Part shown: positions 1 through 13,622 of the stretch, piece after piece
How positions within the stretch are numbered: position 1 is the first letter of the stretch
How the letters are laid out: each line of letters begins with the position of its first letter
Program-made: the position numbers and the translations under genes
The notes under the pieces: model-generated
Seen by the model: only the letters and a program-made list of their open reading frames with translations
Database searches by the model: none
Told to the model about the DNA's origin: nothing
Source of the DNA: Eledone cirrhosa
Lineage: Eukaryota
Reading direction: 5' to 3'
Assembly (NCBI GenBank): GCA_964016885.1
Contig: OZ024743.1
Span: 43,958,001 to 44,022,000, forward strand
DNA length: 64,000 bases

Positions 1-399
1 TCATATCATGCAACATTTTGTTTCGGGATCACTGACTCTAGAAATTTCATTCTGTGTTAATTTCGTTGAGTCAGATAAAAACCAGCTGAGATGATTTAAG
101 ATGAAGAAAAAAAAAATGATAAGGGGGATGAAATAAAGAAATGTGCGAAAAGTAATGTTAAATGGATAAATTAAAGACACTGTTGATAAACACTTCATGT
201 ATCTCTTGTAAACAACTATTGCTCTGTATTTTCAAAACACCACTCAAATATATACATAGAATTATATTTTAAAGAAAATCACACATATTTCCATTGGAGA
301 ATTTATCTGAAAGGAAATTCACTACAAAATATGATGATTATCATTTTGAAAGTAGAAGCATCGACTGACTTTTAAACGCTTTCTTGATTCAGAAATTAT

Positions 400-2060
400 A
401 TATTAATTATGTTGTTATTGCACGTACTGACCTGAAGAAGGGGAAACAGTTTGCCGATGCAGCACACACTGTAGCAGCAGAGCAACTATTTCTTTAACCA
501 TGGAGTAAAAGATTGTTGGCTCCATCAGATACAGAACCAATACCATTTCCTGAACACAATACGAACCATACATTTTATATTTGCGCCCAAAATAAAGAAG
601 GAAATCCAACTCATACAATAAATTTATTCTCAGATCCTTATGAGACGGGGAATGAACATTCAAACCAGATAGATATACAACTAAAGAAAAAAACGCGAAT
701 CTCCCTTGAGGCTGTCACTAAACACAGACTCTCCCATGAAATTGAAAGGCCTAGAAAGAGAAACCTGGGCTATAGAAAACATTTAAAAAAATCTAATTCA
801 TTCTTTAAATTCACAAAAGAGATCACCTTAGTACACTAAAAAGATGACCCTTTCCATAAAAAACTCGCGGAGAGTCCCTATCCTCGATGTATGTGAGGTA
901 CTGAACGAGCAAACCGAATATGTTTTCACACCCCTAACGAGGCACAAGCAAATACGGAAACCTGATGAGTTCTTTGATACTATTGTGCTATACGGAGAAA
1001 TGGCAAACATCAACGACATACATATAAAGAAGGAAGATATATTACCATCCATAGACGAAAGGAGACAATATTAAGTTGCCGTCACTGATGGATTCTCAGA
1101 AAACCTCCTAAAATCATGCAAACGAACCTTTGAAAAACCACTGCAGATTCTCTAACAAAGTACCTTGCCTGTGGTGAACTACTCAGACTACTGAAAAGGG
1201 AACTATATGTCCTATCGATAAAGGGGAAAGCAGAATGGATGCTAAAAACTACAGACCTGTCCCCCTGATTTCATACATCCACAAATTCATGAAACGAATC
1301 CTCGAAAGTAAACGAATCTGTTTCCTAGAGAAATGTGGCCTACTAACTGATATCCTGTATGATTATCTCTCGTTAAGAAGCTGCTTCACATACAGTTTAC
1401 AGCACTATGACTGGGTGGATTGGCAGTATCGGTAGAGCGTCAGACACCATGATTTGAAGCATAGTTATGGCCCTTTGCGTTCTGAGTTCAAATCCCGCAG
1501 AGTTTAACTTTGCCTTTCATCCTTACAGGGTCGATAAAATAAAGTACCAGTAATGTACTGAGCAATTGCTGGCCTTGTGCCAAATGTAGAAACAATTATG
1601 ACTGAGTAATGAAACAGCTGCTAGATCGTTCAAATATGAATGTGTTGTATTTCGTGTTTGCTAAGGCCTTCACCAGGTTTCTAATAGAATAATGTTTCAC
1701 AAAGAACGGAATTTCGGTATAGCTTAAAAATTAGGTGACTGGCTCCATGATGTCTGAAGAATCTGTCTATTGCAGCCAACGATGCCCTCTCAAAGGAGAC
1801 ATCAATAGCAGGTGGTGTTTCCCAGGGAAATGACTTGTTTGTAATAGCTATCTTAGATGTGTCCTCTGTAGCAGAAGTGGCCTCCCTTAACACAACATTC
1901 CCCCAAAACCTGAGATATCTGCATGGTGTTGATGTAGATGTTTTCAAGACGCATCTTGACAGTCTAATAACTAAGATCCCAAATGAATCCAGAGCACGAG
2001 GCGAAATTTAAATAAGGGCGGCAGTGACAGCTCCCTCTTACGTTAATGTCGCCACCTCAA
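400..2060 (+). mobile_element. Degenerate CR1-group LINE fragment (RT region), interrupted by a SINE
   Basis: ORF 1235-1435 DAKNYRPVPLISYIHKFMKRIL matches the LINE RT NYRPISL motif. Downstream are GGVSQG (~1810, GVPQG-like) and DVFKTHLD-like C-terminal residues. Many stops and frameshifts; boundaries approximate. Confidence 0.7.
1413..1600 (+). mobile_element. tRNA-derived SINE, family 1 (Octopus-type)
   Basis: GGATTGGCAGTATCGGTAGAG head, GAGTTCAAATCCC B-box-like motif and TTTGCCTTTCATCC..GGTCGATAAAATAAAGTACCAG body. Flanked by a TATGACTG short direct repeat. About 10 copies in the window. Confidence 0.85.
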
Positions 2061-2144
2061 TTTTGGAAATATCAGATTGTTAGTAAATCTGATGACTAAT
2101 TACATATCTCTTTGAAGGAGGGGGAGGAGCAGCAGTAACAACTG

Positions 2145-2145
2145 C

Positions 2146-2176
<31 letters not shown>

Positions 2177-2232
2177 ATAGTGGCAGTAGTAGTAGTAGTA
2201 GTAGTAGTAGTGGCAGTTGTAGTAGTAGTAGT
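2145..2232. repeat. (GTA)n microsatellite
   Basis: Direct reading. Confidence 0.95.
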
Positions 2233-2393
2233 AGGTTCCACGGAAATCAGCGCTGATGGGGCAGTGCTATAATCTACGATGGCTACTCCTGCCTGAATTG
2301 CACACACATGTCTTTCATCATTTTGATAGCATGGTAAACGTGAATTTATCACTGGTTTCAACACAATCAACTCGCCCTATATATATATATATA

Positions 2394-2424
<31 letters not shown>

Positions 2425-2468
2425 GTGTGTATATATATACATATATATATGTGTATATATATATATAT

Positions 2469-2520
<52 letters not shown>

Positions 2521-2643
2521 GAATATAGACATAGAATATTCGAAAATATTCTGTATGTTTATAATAAACATTTTGAAGACCTAATCGCTATAGAATAGAA
2601 TACGTCACGTATTACAATTAGATTCTCGATAAAAGCAAGGGAA

Positions 2644-4236
2644 GTAATCTACGCGTTTCATTCTTGTTAGAAATCATCAGGACTACATATCCAGTGCTTT
2701 TATCGAGAATGACACAGCTAGAGACTTATAGAATACTTAGCTGTGTACAGGAACTGGTTTGAAAGAGCGGTTGCCGGTCCGGCAGAAATTAGAAATTGGA
2801 ATAAATGCTCTGAAATAGCGATATATATGTGAATATAGACATAGAATATTCGAAAATATTCTGTATGTTTATAATAAACATTTTGAAGACCTAATCGCTA
2901 TAGAATAGAATACGTCACGTATTACAATTAGATTCTCGATAAAAGCAAGGGAAGTAATCTACGCGTTTCATTCTTGTTAGAAATCATCAGGACTACATAT
3001 CCAGTGCTTTTATCGAGAATGACACAGCTAGAGACTTATAGAATACTTAGCTGTGTACAGGAACTGGTTTGAAAGAGCGGTTGCCGGTTCGGCAGAAATT
3101 AGAAATTGGAATAAATGCTCTGAAATAGCGATATATATGTGAATATAGACATAGAATATTCGAAAATATTCTGTATGTTTATAATAAACATTTTGAAGAC
3201 CTAATCGCTATAGAATAGAATACGTCACGTATTACAATTAGATTCTCGATAAAAGCAAGGGAAGTAATCTACGCGTTTCATTCTTGTTAGAAATCATCAG
3301 GACTACATATCCAGTGCTTTTATCGAGAATGACACAGCTAGAGACTTATAGAATACTTAGCTGTGTACAGGAACTGGTTTGAAAGAGCGGTTGCCGGTCC
3401 GGCAGAAATTAGAAATTGGAATAAATGCTCTGAAATAGCGATATATATGTGAATATAGACATAGAATATTCGAAAATATTCTGTATGTTTATAATAAACA
3501 TTTTGAAAACCTAATCGCTATAGAATAGAATACGTCACGTATTACAATTAGATTCTCGATAAAAGCAAGGGAAGTAATCTACGCGTTTCATTCTTGTTAG
3601 AAATCATCAGGACTACATATCCAGTGCTTTTATCGAGAATGACACAGCTAGAGACTTATAGAATACTTAGCTGTGTACAGGAACTGGTTTGAAAGAGCGG
3701 TTGCCGGTCCGGCAGAAATTAGAAATTGGAATAAATGCTCTGAAATAGCGATATATATGTGAATATAGACATAGAATATTCGAAAATATTCTGTATGTTT
3801 ATAATAAACATTTTGAAGACCTAATCGTTATAGAATAGAATACGTCACGTATTACAATTAGATTCTCGATAAAAGCAAGGGAAGTAATCTACGCGTTTCA
3901 TTCTTGTTAGAAATCATCAGGACTACATATCCAGTGCTTTTATCGAGAATGACACAGCTAGAGACTTATAGAATACTTAGCTGTGTACAGGAACTGGTTT
4001 GAAAGAGCGGTTGCCGGTCCGGCAGAAATTAGAAATTGGAATAAATGCTCTGAAATAGCGATATATATGTGAATATAGACATAGAATATTCGAAAATATT
4101 CTGTATGTTTATAATAAACATTTTGAAGACCTAATCGCTATAGAATAGAATACGTCACGTATTACAATTAGATTCTCGATAAAAGCAAGGGAAGTAATCT
4201 ACGCGTTTCATTCTTGTTAGAAATCATCAGGACTAC
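2644..4236 (-). ncRNA. Six type I hammerhead motifs (one per unit: 2644-2686, 2954-2996, 3264-3306, 3574-3616, 3884-3926, 4194-4236)
   Basis: Minus strand reads GUAGUC-CUGAUGA-UUUCUAACAAGAAU-GAAA-CGCG-UA/GAUUAC: stem I 6 bp, stem II UUCU/AGAA, palindromic stem III. Confidence 0.9.
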
Positions 4237-4607
4237 ATATCCAGTGCTTTTATCGAGAATGACACAGCTAGAGACTTATAGAATACTTAGCTGTGTACAG
4301 GATCTGGTTTGAAAGAGCGGTTGCCGGTCCGGCAGAAATTAGAAATTGCTTTTATCGAGAATCTAATTGTAATACGTGACGTATTCTATTCTATAGCGAT
4401 TAGGTCTCCAAAATGTTTATTATAAACATACAGAATATTTTCGAATATTCTATGTCTATATTCACATATATATCGCTATTTCAGAGCATTTATTCCAATT
4501 TCTAATTTCTGCCGGACCGGCAACCGCTCTTTCAAACCAGTTCCTGTACACAGCTAAGTATTCTATAAGTCTCTAGCTGTGTCATTCTCGATAAAAGCAC
4601 TGGATAT

Positions 4608-5270
4608 GTAGTCCTGATGATTTCTAACAAGAATGAAACGCGTAGATTACTTCCCTTGCTTTTATCGAGAATCTAATTGTAATACGTGACGTATTCTATT
4701 CTATAGCGATTAGGTCTTCAAAATGTTTATTATAAACATACAGAATATTTTCGAATATTCTATGTCTATATTCACATATATATCGCTATTTCAGAGCATT
4801 TATTCCAATTTCTAATTTCTGCCGGACCGGCAACCGCTCTTTCAAACCAGTTCCTGTACACAGCTAAGTATTCTATAAGTCTCTAGCTGTGTCATTCTCG
4901 ATAAAAGCACTGGATATGTAGTCCTGATGATTTCTAACAAGAATGAAACGCGTAGATTACTTCCCTTGCTTTTATCGAGAATCTAATTGTAATACGTGAC
5001 GTATTCTATTCTATAGCGATTAGGTCTTCAAAATGTTTATTATAAACATACAGAATATTTTCGAATATTCTATGTCTATATTCACATATATATCGCTATT
5101 TCAGAGCATTTATTCCAATTTCTAATTTCTGCCGGACCGGCAACCGCTCTTTCAAACCAGTTCCTGTACACAGCTAAGTATTCTATAAGTCTCTAGCTGT
5201 GTCATTCTCGATAAAAGCACTGGATATGTAGTCCTGATGATTTCTAACAAGAATGAAACGCGTAGATTAC
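4608..5270 (+). ncRNA. Three type I hammerhead motifs (4608-4650, 4918-4960, 5228-5270)
   Basis: GTAGTC CTGATGA(4614-4620) TTTCTAACAAGAAT GAAA CGCG TA GATTAC, enclosed by a 15-bp stem TTCTCGATAAAAGCA/TGCTTTTATCGAGAA. Confidence 0.9.
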
Positions 5271-5469
5271 TTCCCTTGCTTTTATCGAGAATCTAATTGT
5301 AATACGTGACGTATTCTATTCTATAGCGATTAGGTCTTCAAAATGTTTATTATAAACATACAGAATATTTTCGAATATTCTATGTCTATATTCACATATA
5401 TATCGCTATTTCAGAGCATTTATTCCAATTTCATATGTATATATATATATATGTATATATATATATACA

Positions 5470-5563
<94 letters not shown>

Positions 5564-5564
5564 C

Positions 5565-5634
<70 letters not shown>

Positions 5635-5677
5635 TTATATATATATGTATATATAGATATACATATATATATAGATA

Positions 5678-6087
5678 TATCACAGAAAAAAAGAGAATCA
5701 GTTTTACGACGAATGGAATTTATTGGACATATTACAATCACTTCTCTGGCGAGCAGCTCGAGACACGATCGAATTTGATGATTGAACGTGACTCTGAAAA
5801 TCGCAAGGTCCTCAGATACGTCTTGATTCTACGAAGCAGATTTTCCTATTTCCTTCGTAGAATCAAGACGTATCTGAGGACCTTGCAATTGTCAGAGTCA
5901 GGTTCTATCATCATATCGATCGTGCCTCGAACTAGTCACCAGAGAAACGATTGTAATATGTCCAATAAATTCAATTCGTCGCAACACTGATTCTCTTTTT
6001 TTCTGTGATATCATACTCTGCACTATGAGAGCACCGAGTGCTCACACAGCCTACCGCATACGGACGCTTTAAGCATCCAACACCAAT

Positions 6088-6090
<3 letters not shown>
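5678..6090. mobile_element. Fold-back HHR module, family D, inserted in (TA)n
   Basis: Inverted arms ~5678-5836 and ~5853-6011 plus a short unique tail. Related to 48660-48888. Confidence 0.85.
5867..5962 (+). ncRNA. Type I hammerhead with long stem II (family D)
   Basis: GACGTAT CTGAGGA [63 nt] GAAAC GATT GTA ATATGTC, stem I 7 bp. The mirror copy on minus at 5726-5822 has GAAA changed to GAAG. Confidence 0.75.
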
Positions 6091-6149
<59 letters not shown>

Positions 6150-6289
6150 CAACAGTTTAACAAGGTTCATTGTTTAATCAATGAATATAGTTTTACAATA
6201 GATTAGAAGCACTCTACCGTTAGATTTTCTGGAGTTATTAATATTACTTCAAAATATTAATAAATATAGACATTCATGGATTCAAATAT

Positions 6290-6353
6290 ATTTTATTATA
6301 TATATTTCAGAGGTAATGAGCTGTTTGATCAGTATGTTATCATCAGATAAAAT
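6290..6353 (-). ncRNA. Type I hammerhead, family B (old copy)
   Basis: Minus strand reads ATTTTAT CTGATGA [decayed stem II] GAAA TATATA TA ATAAAAT. The module 6245-6410 is homologous to 21850-22010 and 23250-23415. Confidence 0.7.
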
Positions 6354-8369
6354 AAATTGATGTCTGACATACCTCAACTGTGCTGATGGTTCAATTCCAG
6401 TTTTGGCAGTGATTAGTTATGACAAAACTCAATATGTATATACCATAAGCAGTAACATGACAAACTACATATAATTGAGAGGGTGCGTAGGAAAACGTGT
6501 ACAAAATAATACAATAAGTATATATAAAGACAAGTAAAATATATAAACATATAAGTACATAGTTAAATATTTAAATAATTAAATATGTAAACATTCGTAT
6601 TAGAGAAGAAGCAAATGAGAGAGAGAGCTAAATAGAGGGGAGAAAGAAAGAGATAGAGGGATGATACTAAAAACAAAGAAAGGGAGTTATGTATGGTATA
6701 ATATGTATGGTATAATATAAGGAAAAAAAGAATAAAGGTATATGATGCGTGACCGTTTTTTTTTCAAATATTAAGTTAGGTAGAAATAATCAATTAAATA
6801 TCGTGAAATTTTTAGTCTATAATATTTGAAAGAAATTATACTATTATATTATATCAAAATTAAAACAATATAAAGTGAAAAGGATAATATAACATAATTT
6901 CAAGGGTAATCAGGAATATATTTAAATTAATAAATATAATCAATAATTTAGTTAGAAAAATCAAAATTAAAAATATTATTTACTAACAATGGTGCTTATA
7001 AATGTAGTAAATATGATATTATTAAACCTAACTTATTTAGATATTAGCATTTATATAGTTCTTTTATATAAACTATATAACTTAAATCAATATTTGTCAA
7101 TTACATATAAGATTAATTATTAGTTATAATTACACTTGAGAGTATTATTATTTTGATTTAACTTATTTTACTGCATTCAATACTATAAATCAAGTTAAGT
7201 ACAGATTATTAATCAATTTAAACAAAACGAAACTTATATACGATAAAGGTAAACAATATCTTCGTACGACGTATACAAACATTTAAGTTAATTAAACGGT
7301 TTGAGAGTCAGTATATAAGTTTCGTTGCCTCCTAATTTAGTTCACATTCATCAGAAATATGAACTAGAAATATATAAATATCAGCATATTATACCGTCAA
7401 TATTGACATATAACCTACAGATATACAAGTTGTATACAAACAATTATACTGCATGTGTTTATAATAGAGGTTGTTTAAAATAAAACAATATGTAACATAC
7501 ATACAATTCGTATTATAACATTATGGAGTGGTGTGTTATCCTTGAAATATTAATGTTGTCGTAATATATGAATCACCTTGATTAGTTGAATAGAGTCAAA
7601 ATTAATGTTTTGAAGAAAAACTCTGTATCTGTAGTGGACGTGTTTATTGATAAGTGTATTAGGCATAGAAGGAAAAACCGAATTTTTGAATATTGGATTC
7701 AAAATTGACTAATGAATTGTGTTGACATGAAAGTATAAAGCTATAAAAATACAATATTAAAAGCGAAGTTACTATCGGAAAAATAATCTAGATTAAAAAT
7801 AACATCAATAAAATTTACGACTGTTTCTTGTAATAAAAGATATACGTAATTTTCAGGAAAGTGTATTCAGTTTTTTTACGGAATGTATCAAATGTTTGGG
7901 TGTTAAATTAGGCAACATCATATAAAGCATAGCTTGGCAACACTTTTTACGTGATGCAATGAAACAATATTAACTGACATCAGATGAGACTGGTCTTCTT
8001 CAGACGTATATTACAATATATACTTGAACGATCAGAATAGATCCATTATAAAAGAGAATAGACGTTGTAACTTTTAATGTAATGTGTATTTCTAATGTAA
8101 TGTCAGTCTCGGTCATTGTATTGGACAAAACGAAATCAAACTGTAATACATCGTCAAAAGAATTATGAATCATATATTCATAAATATATTTTTTTAAAGG
8201 TCAGAACCTTGGCATATATATGATGATTTCGAAACAAAAAGTTGTTTTTACAGAAGTGATTGTCAAAAAAAATTGCAATAAGTAATATATAAGTGGTTTT
8301 ATAAGCAAATGTTAAAGGTTTCTAAATCAAAACGTACATAAAGTTATTCATTATTAATATAAACGTAGA

Positions 8370-8570
8370 TCGTTAGAGCGTCGTATACATATGCTTTGCG
8401 CTATTTGTTCGGTCTCATATTGTTCCGAGTTTAAATCTTGTTGAGGTTGACTTTGCCTCTTATTATTTTGTGGCCGATAAAATAAAGTACCACTAATGTA
8501 CCGGGTTCGATATATTCTATTTCACCTCCACACATATTGCAAGCTTTGTCCCTAAATTAGAATTTGCTTT
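8370..8570 (+). mobile_element. Degenerate SINE family 1
   Basis: GAGTTTAAATC..GAGGTTGACTTTGCCT..GCCGATAAAATAAAGTACC. Confidence 0.7.
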
Positions 8571-9237
8571 TAAATTATAAAGTTGATGGTTTTCGTTGGT
8601 GATTATTTTCTATTAAGGTTCAGATTTCCATCGGATCCAAAAGGAAGTGTTCTAGTTGTTCAATTAAGGAACGCCCTGCTCTTGAAATTAATTTTTGCAG
8701 TGACAAACTATCCCACATACAACTGTACACTTAACGAAGAACTCACAAACATATTCAGCGTAACATAATGTCTGACAAGGCTGGTCTCTTAAATCACAAA
8801 TACAATGGATTTCTTTTTCAACCAAATCAAAAGAATCCATGTGAAATACATTGCCCTGTCTCAGGAATCAAATCATAATATCCATATACCCAAAGTCCTA
8901 AATGATGCGCTATCCCAAGAGAGAAACATGTACCCTAGCAAAGATAAATATTGTGTCCGCTGTTAATTGTAGAAAATAGAGGAAAAAATGAGTGTGAGAA
9001 TAATGAGTTTTAGTCTTGGTGTCTAGCGAAAGATGGTGTAAGTTATGTACCAAATAGAACTAATGTTGTTCAAATATCAATATGTTATACTTACAAAAAC
9101 TGGTCAGTGGAAAATGCACACACACAAACACCCCCCCAAACACACTCACACACACACACATATATATATATATATAAACCTCGCAAAAGAAATATAAATA
9201 TATACAAATATGTATATATATATATATATAGATACAA

Positions 9238-9320
<83 letters not shown>

Positions 9321-10689
9321 TATATCTATGTATATGTATGTATATATATATATATATAAGAAACACACGCACGAATTCACTTCAATTTATTATTATAATT
9401 TCCCGTCGGTTGTTTAGTTGCCAAAGCTCATTCGTCACATATTCTGTGAGCTTTTCAGTGATTACTATTGTTACTTTGTGTCTCCTCTTTTTTCTGTTTT
9501 ACACGCAGAAATGATGAAATGATCCGACAGATTATATAAATGAACTTCGACCAAAAGCAAATAGAAAAAATGAATGGAATAAGAACCTCACAACATAGTG
9601 ACGAAGGTCAACATAAATACACACACAAATCAATACGACTAACCCCCCCCCCCCCCCCATCCTCCCACACACACACAGATACATATATATATATAGTATA
9701 CAAAAATAAGATAACAATTAACTAGTGGCAATAAGGTAAAAGAGAAGAGAGAGAGAGAAAGAAAGAAATATACAGATCGGATGTAACGCATATACAATCC
9801 AGGTACACAACTCATATGCATCAAACCCAAGAAAGATTTGCTACATATATTACACTATCGCTATCCCAAACGAAGGTTTAATGACATTAATAATAACAAA
9901 AAATGCAATATTGCTATTTTTTGGCACTGGTACAGTTATGATAACTGACAAAATATATATATTGGTCAAACTATTTATATCTGCTAGTGGTTTTTCATTT
10001 TGTATCTAACAGAAAAGTTTAATCTAAATTGTTTCATTTCTTTTAGCTGGCAAATATACAATAATCTATTTTCAGCTCTACAAAACTAGAATGAAGTATT
10101 GTGTAGATAATTGTTTTGTGTATTGTATTGAGTTGTGCACTGAATTTTTTTAGGAACACACCCTTCACAGAGTATACATCTAAAGTAAAAGTGAACATGA
10201 AAACAAAATAGGATATTTGCATCTCACAATTAGCTGGCCACCAACGGCGCTGTATCCCATATGAGTTTCCTTGATTGTTGCAATGATAGTTGTTCCAGTC
10301 CGATCATGGAAAGCAACATAAAATTAGAACCTTATTCAAAAATAGACTAAACCAACCTATCCACATATCGAGCTTACGACCTTTTGCTCATGTATGCAGC
10401 ATTTGCACCACTAGGCCATATGCCCTTATATGCACCTAAGTGTATATATCATGACCTGTCAATAGCGTTATTATATTTACAATAAATAAAGACTTTTTAA
10501 CAATTGGTAAATATGGCGGAAATAACGTTCATTTCTACAATCATAACCTTGATATACTACATCAGTACATTTTTATTCAGCATATTTTTACATATCTCTA
10601 TTCAACAAACAGGCATAACGAGATATTTTTTCTAGCATTTCATTTTGAGAGTATAGATTGTTGGTTATATAGTATACCTGAGGGAATTT

Positions 10690-11875
10690 CTACAGTGAGT
10701 GCTTCCAGAATTCGATGACTGTGGTTCGACACATGGGAAAGCCACCTTATTTCATCACAGTAACACCTAACCCTAACTAGGATGAAATAAAAACTAATAG
10801 TCTGTTTTGTTTCTAGTGGACAGCCAATGACTAAGTTGACGGAATATTAGAGACCCTCTGGCACAAAACACATTGTATATTGTTATTCCTAAATATTTCA
10901 CTTCGACAAACAAAAAGTGACGAAGAAGAAACAAGGGATGGTGATCAACAATTTATGAGTGAATATCTTGGACGTGTTCCAACAGTATCTCGCAATAGAC
11001 AACAATCTGAGTTATATTACCTGAGGACGATCCTTTGTGGAATCCATGGAGACGACAACCAACACACAACGGTTACTTAATGCTAGGGATTCTGATGAAA
11101 GACAGTTTGCAAACTACCTTCTTGATGTGGGAAACGGTAACATACCGACTGTACCAACTTTAGGTGCATTCACAATTTCTCTGCCAATGAACTTTGTCTG
11201 AATATGGTAACGTGTCTGGACTGTGTGATTTTGTGTATACAAATCTTCAAGGAAACTATTCAAAACCACTATGGCTTGCAAATAGAGCCATTATCACTCC
11301 AACAAATGATGCAGCAAGATTGGTGAATGAGTTCATGCTCAACAAGTTCCCTGGTCATGAAATAATCTACAGAAGCTCTGATACAGTAGATAATGAACTG
11401 CAATATCAGTTGAGTTCATCAACAAACTTACCCCATCACGCTTCTCAACACACATACTTAAGCTGAAGAAAGGCAGTTTCATCATACTTCTGAGAAATCT
11501 GGATCCTCTAAACGGGCATTGCAGTTTAATTTTACATAATCATGGCGTTGGGTACCAATGCTAGAACTAGGTTGCATTATCAGTTTACATAATCATGGCG
11601 TTGGGTCCCAATACTGGAACTAGGTTGCTAACCCCAAGGATACCTCATGCGTCTCAAGAGCTTAAGTTCCCTTTCGCCTTTACTTACAAGCAATTTCCTG
11701 TCAAATGAGTTCCTTACATGCAACAAGGCAGACATTTAAAAAGATAGGTGTATATTAGCAAAACAATTATTCTCACATGGTCATATGTATATTGCATTAT
11801 CAAGAGTTACAACAAAAGAAAATATAGGGGTCTGTTTGCTGACAACTGTGTCTACAAAGACAATCTACAGCGATG
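10690..11875 (+). pseudogene. Helitron RepHel relic (Rep start joined to Pif1 helicase C-terminus)
   Basis: GKPPYFITVTPNPN*DEIK (~10735, Rep FxTxTxNPxW motif), FANYLLDVGNG, WLANRAIITPTN, LKLKKG..IILLRNLDP.NG.C, QFPV and QLFSHGHMYIALSRV (Pif1 motif VI). Frameshifted. Confidence 0.85.
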
Positions 11876-13055
11876 TGAAACAGCTATCACTCTCTTTTAG
11901 TTTCGTTTTAATTGCTAGAAAAGGGACACTACACAATCTTAAGAAGTCTATATGTGAATAGAGTAAAACCACAATATAACGAAGGTCAACTGTTCATATT
12001 GGTAAATGTAATTCATTCATTCACACCAACAGCATCTATTTTCAAATTCGCTGGTTAAAGCTTCCAATCAACTTTCTCAACAGTTTCGTCACTTTTCCTT
12101 CTTCAGTATTACCTTTTCTTTTAATGTATCATGGATTACTTTACTGGTTACAGAAGAAAGTATAACACAATCTTTGTTCAATTTATGTGCATATTGTCAA
12201 TTTACTTTTCAATTTACGTATCATATCTATATGCTTATATATTTGCGTATGATATCAATATGCACACTACATATGCTAGCAGAAACCGCCCATGGGACGT
12301 TTCTCCTGCTAGTGTCATATAATTTGTTCGATGTATATTCCATTTTGTTTCGCATTTCAAATGGTTGCCCTAAAAGTATAAAACATGATGTCTCCTGTAG
12401 AGGTTATGTGCTGTTAATTTAAACAGTTTTATGAATGCATAAACATGCCATAGATCACCTAATGTATAGCTTTGCCTTTGGTGAACATTTTAACTTCAAA
12501 GTCTCCTGTAGGAATAGAGAGATATATGGAAAGGAATTATAGTTTATTATAAACCAAAGCTACCGCTAACAAAGGAATGTAGACGTTTGCGTTTTATATC
12601 GATTGTAATTGTCATTTGTAGACAAATATTCCGTGTCTTGTTGCTATGCTAGACATGAAATTATACAATAGAAAACCAAAATATATTCAATGAAATTAGA
12701 AAAGTAAATATGACATTTTTAAAACTCTTTTTTTTTAAACTTTTCTACAATTCAAGGTTTAGTTTTCTCAATAAAAAGAACAAATAAGTATTTTGGTAGG
12801 TAGGCATAATAGGGCGAAACAAAGAACAGAACTAAAACATAGTATCGAACAATCATCTTTAATTTCACACATTATCAACATTTCTTTACTCGGTGAAAAA
12901 AAATATATATTCAAGAATCAGTTTCAAGCATTTACGAAATATTCGATTGCTATCGTTAAAATAGTTTTTATTATATTGTTCAGTTCTCCTCCTTTCCATT
13001 ATTGAGGAACGTTTATATTTTTTGTTACAATTAGTAGTTTGTTTGACAGGTTATG

Positions 13056-13169
<114 letters not shown>

Positions 13170-13535
13170 ATGGAGTTTATCAGCAAACATTTGCAACTGT
13201 TTGAACCAGCTTTGAATATCACAATCACAATTCAATGTAGAAGAGATTGTATTCTCAATAGGATATCGGTTTATGAGATATTACAAAAACAGGAAGAATA
13301 AAATATAATGCACTATTAATTATGTAGATTGATGCAGAGTCATCTAATGTCAATGAATATTATTGTTATATTTCACCTCTATGATTAACTACTGTTTTCC
13401 AATATTCAGGAAAGCACATTCACAGAATTCTGGGCCACCAAATTCAATATGAAACACAAATCGAAAATGCAGTTGAAAGCATTTAACAAATGTACATCTG
13501 GCGTCACAGTCATAAGTTTTAATACTTAAATGTTT

Positions 13536-13619
<84 letters not shown>

Positions 13620-13622
<3 letters not shown>

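Larger units (their letters stand above)
2521..5431. repeat. Tandem array of a 310-bp hammerhead-containing unit with an internal inversion (retrozyme-like)
   Basis: Units start at 2521, 2831, 3141, 3451, 3761 and 4071. Orientation flips at 4346-4348 (TTG microhomology), followed by ~3.5 reverse-complement units to 5431. (TA)n flanks both sides. Confidence 0.97.

Noticed and set aside
425-460. CTGAAGAAGGGGAAAC as a hammerhead
   Set aside because: No pairable stem I or II; it lies within a decayed LINE.
2521-5431. CRISPR array or ordinary satellite interpretation of the 310-bp repeat
   Set aside because: There are no unique spacers or cas genes and the context is eukaryotic. The short array, HHR per unit and inversion fit a retro-insertion better than a satellite.
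6420-8350. Long AT-rich unique stretch as a possible host exon or old transposon
   Set aside because: No ORF or recognisable motif; cannot be classified without a search.
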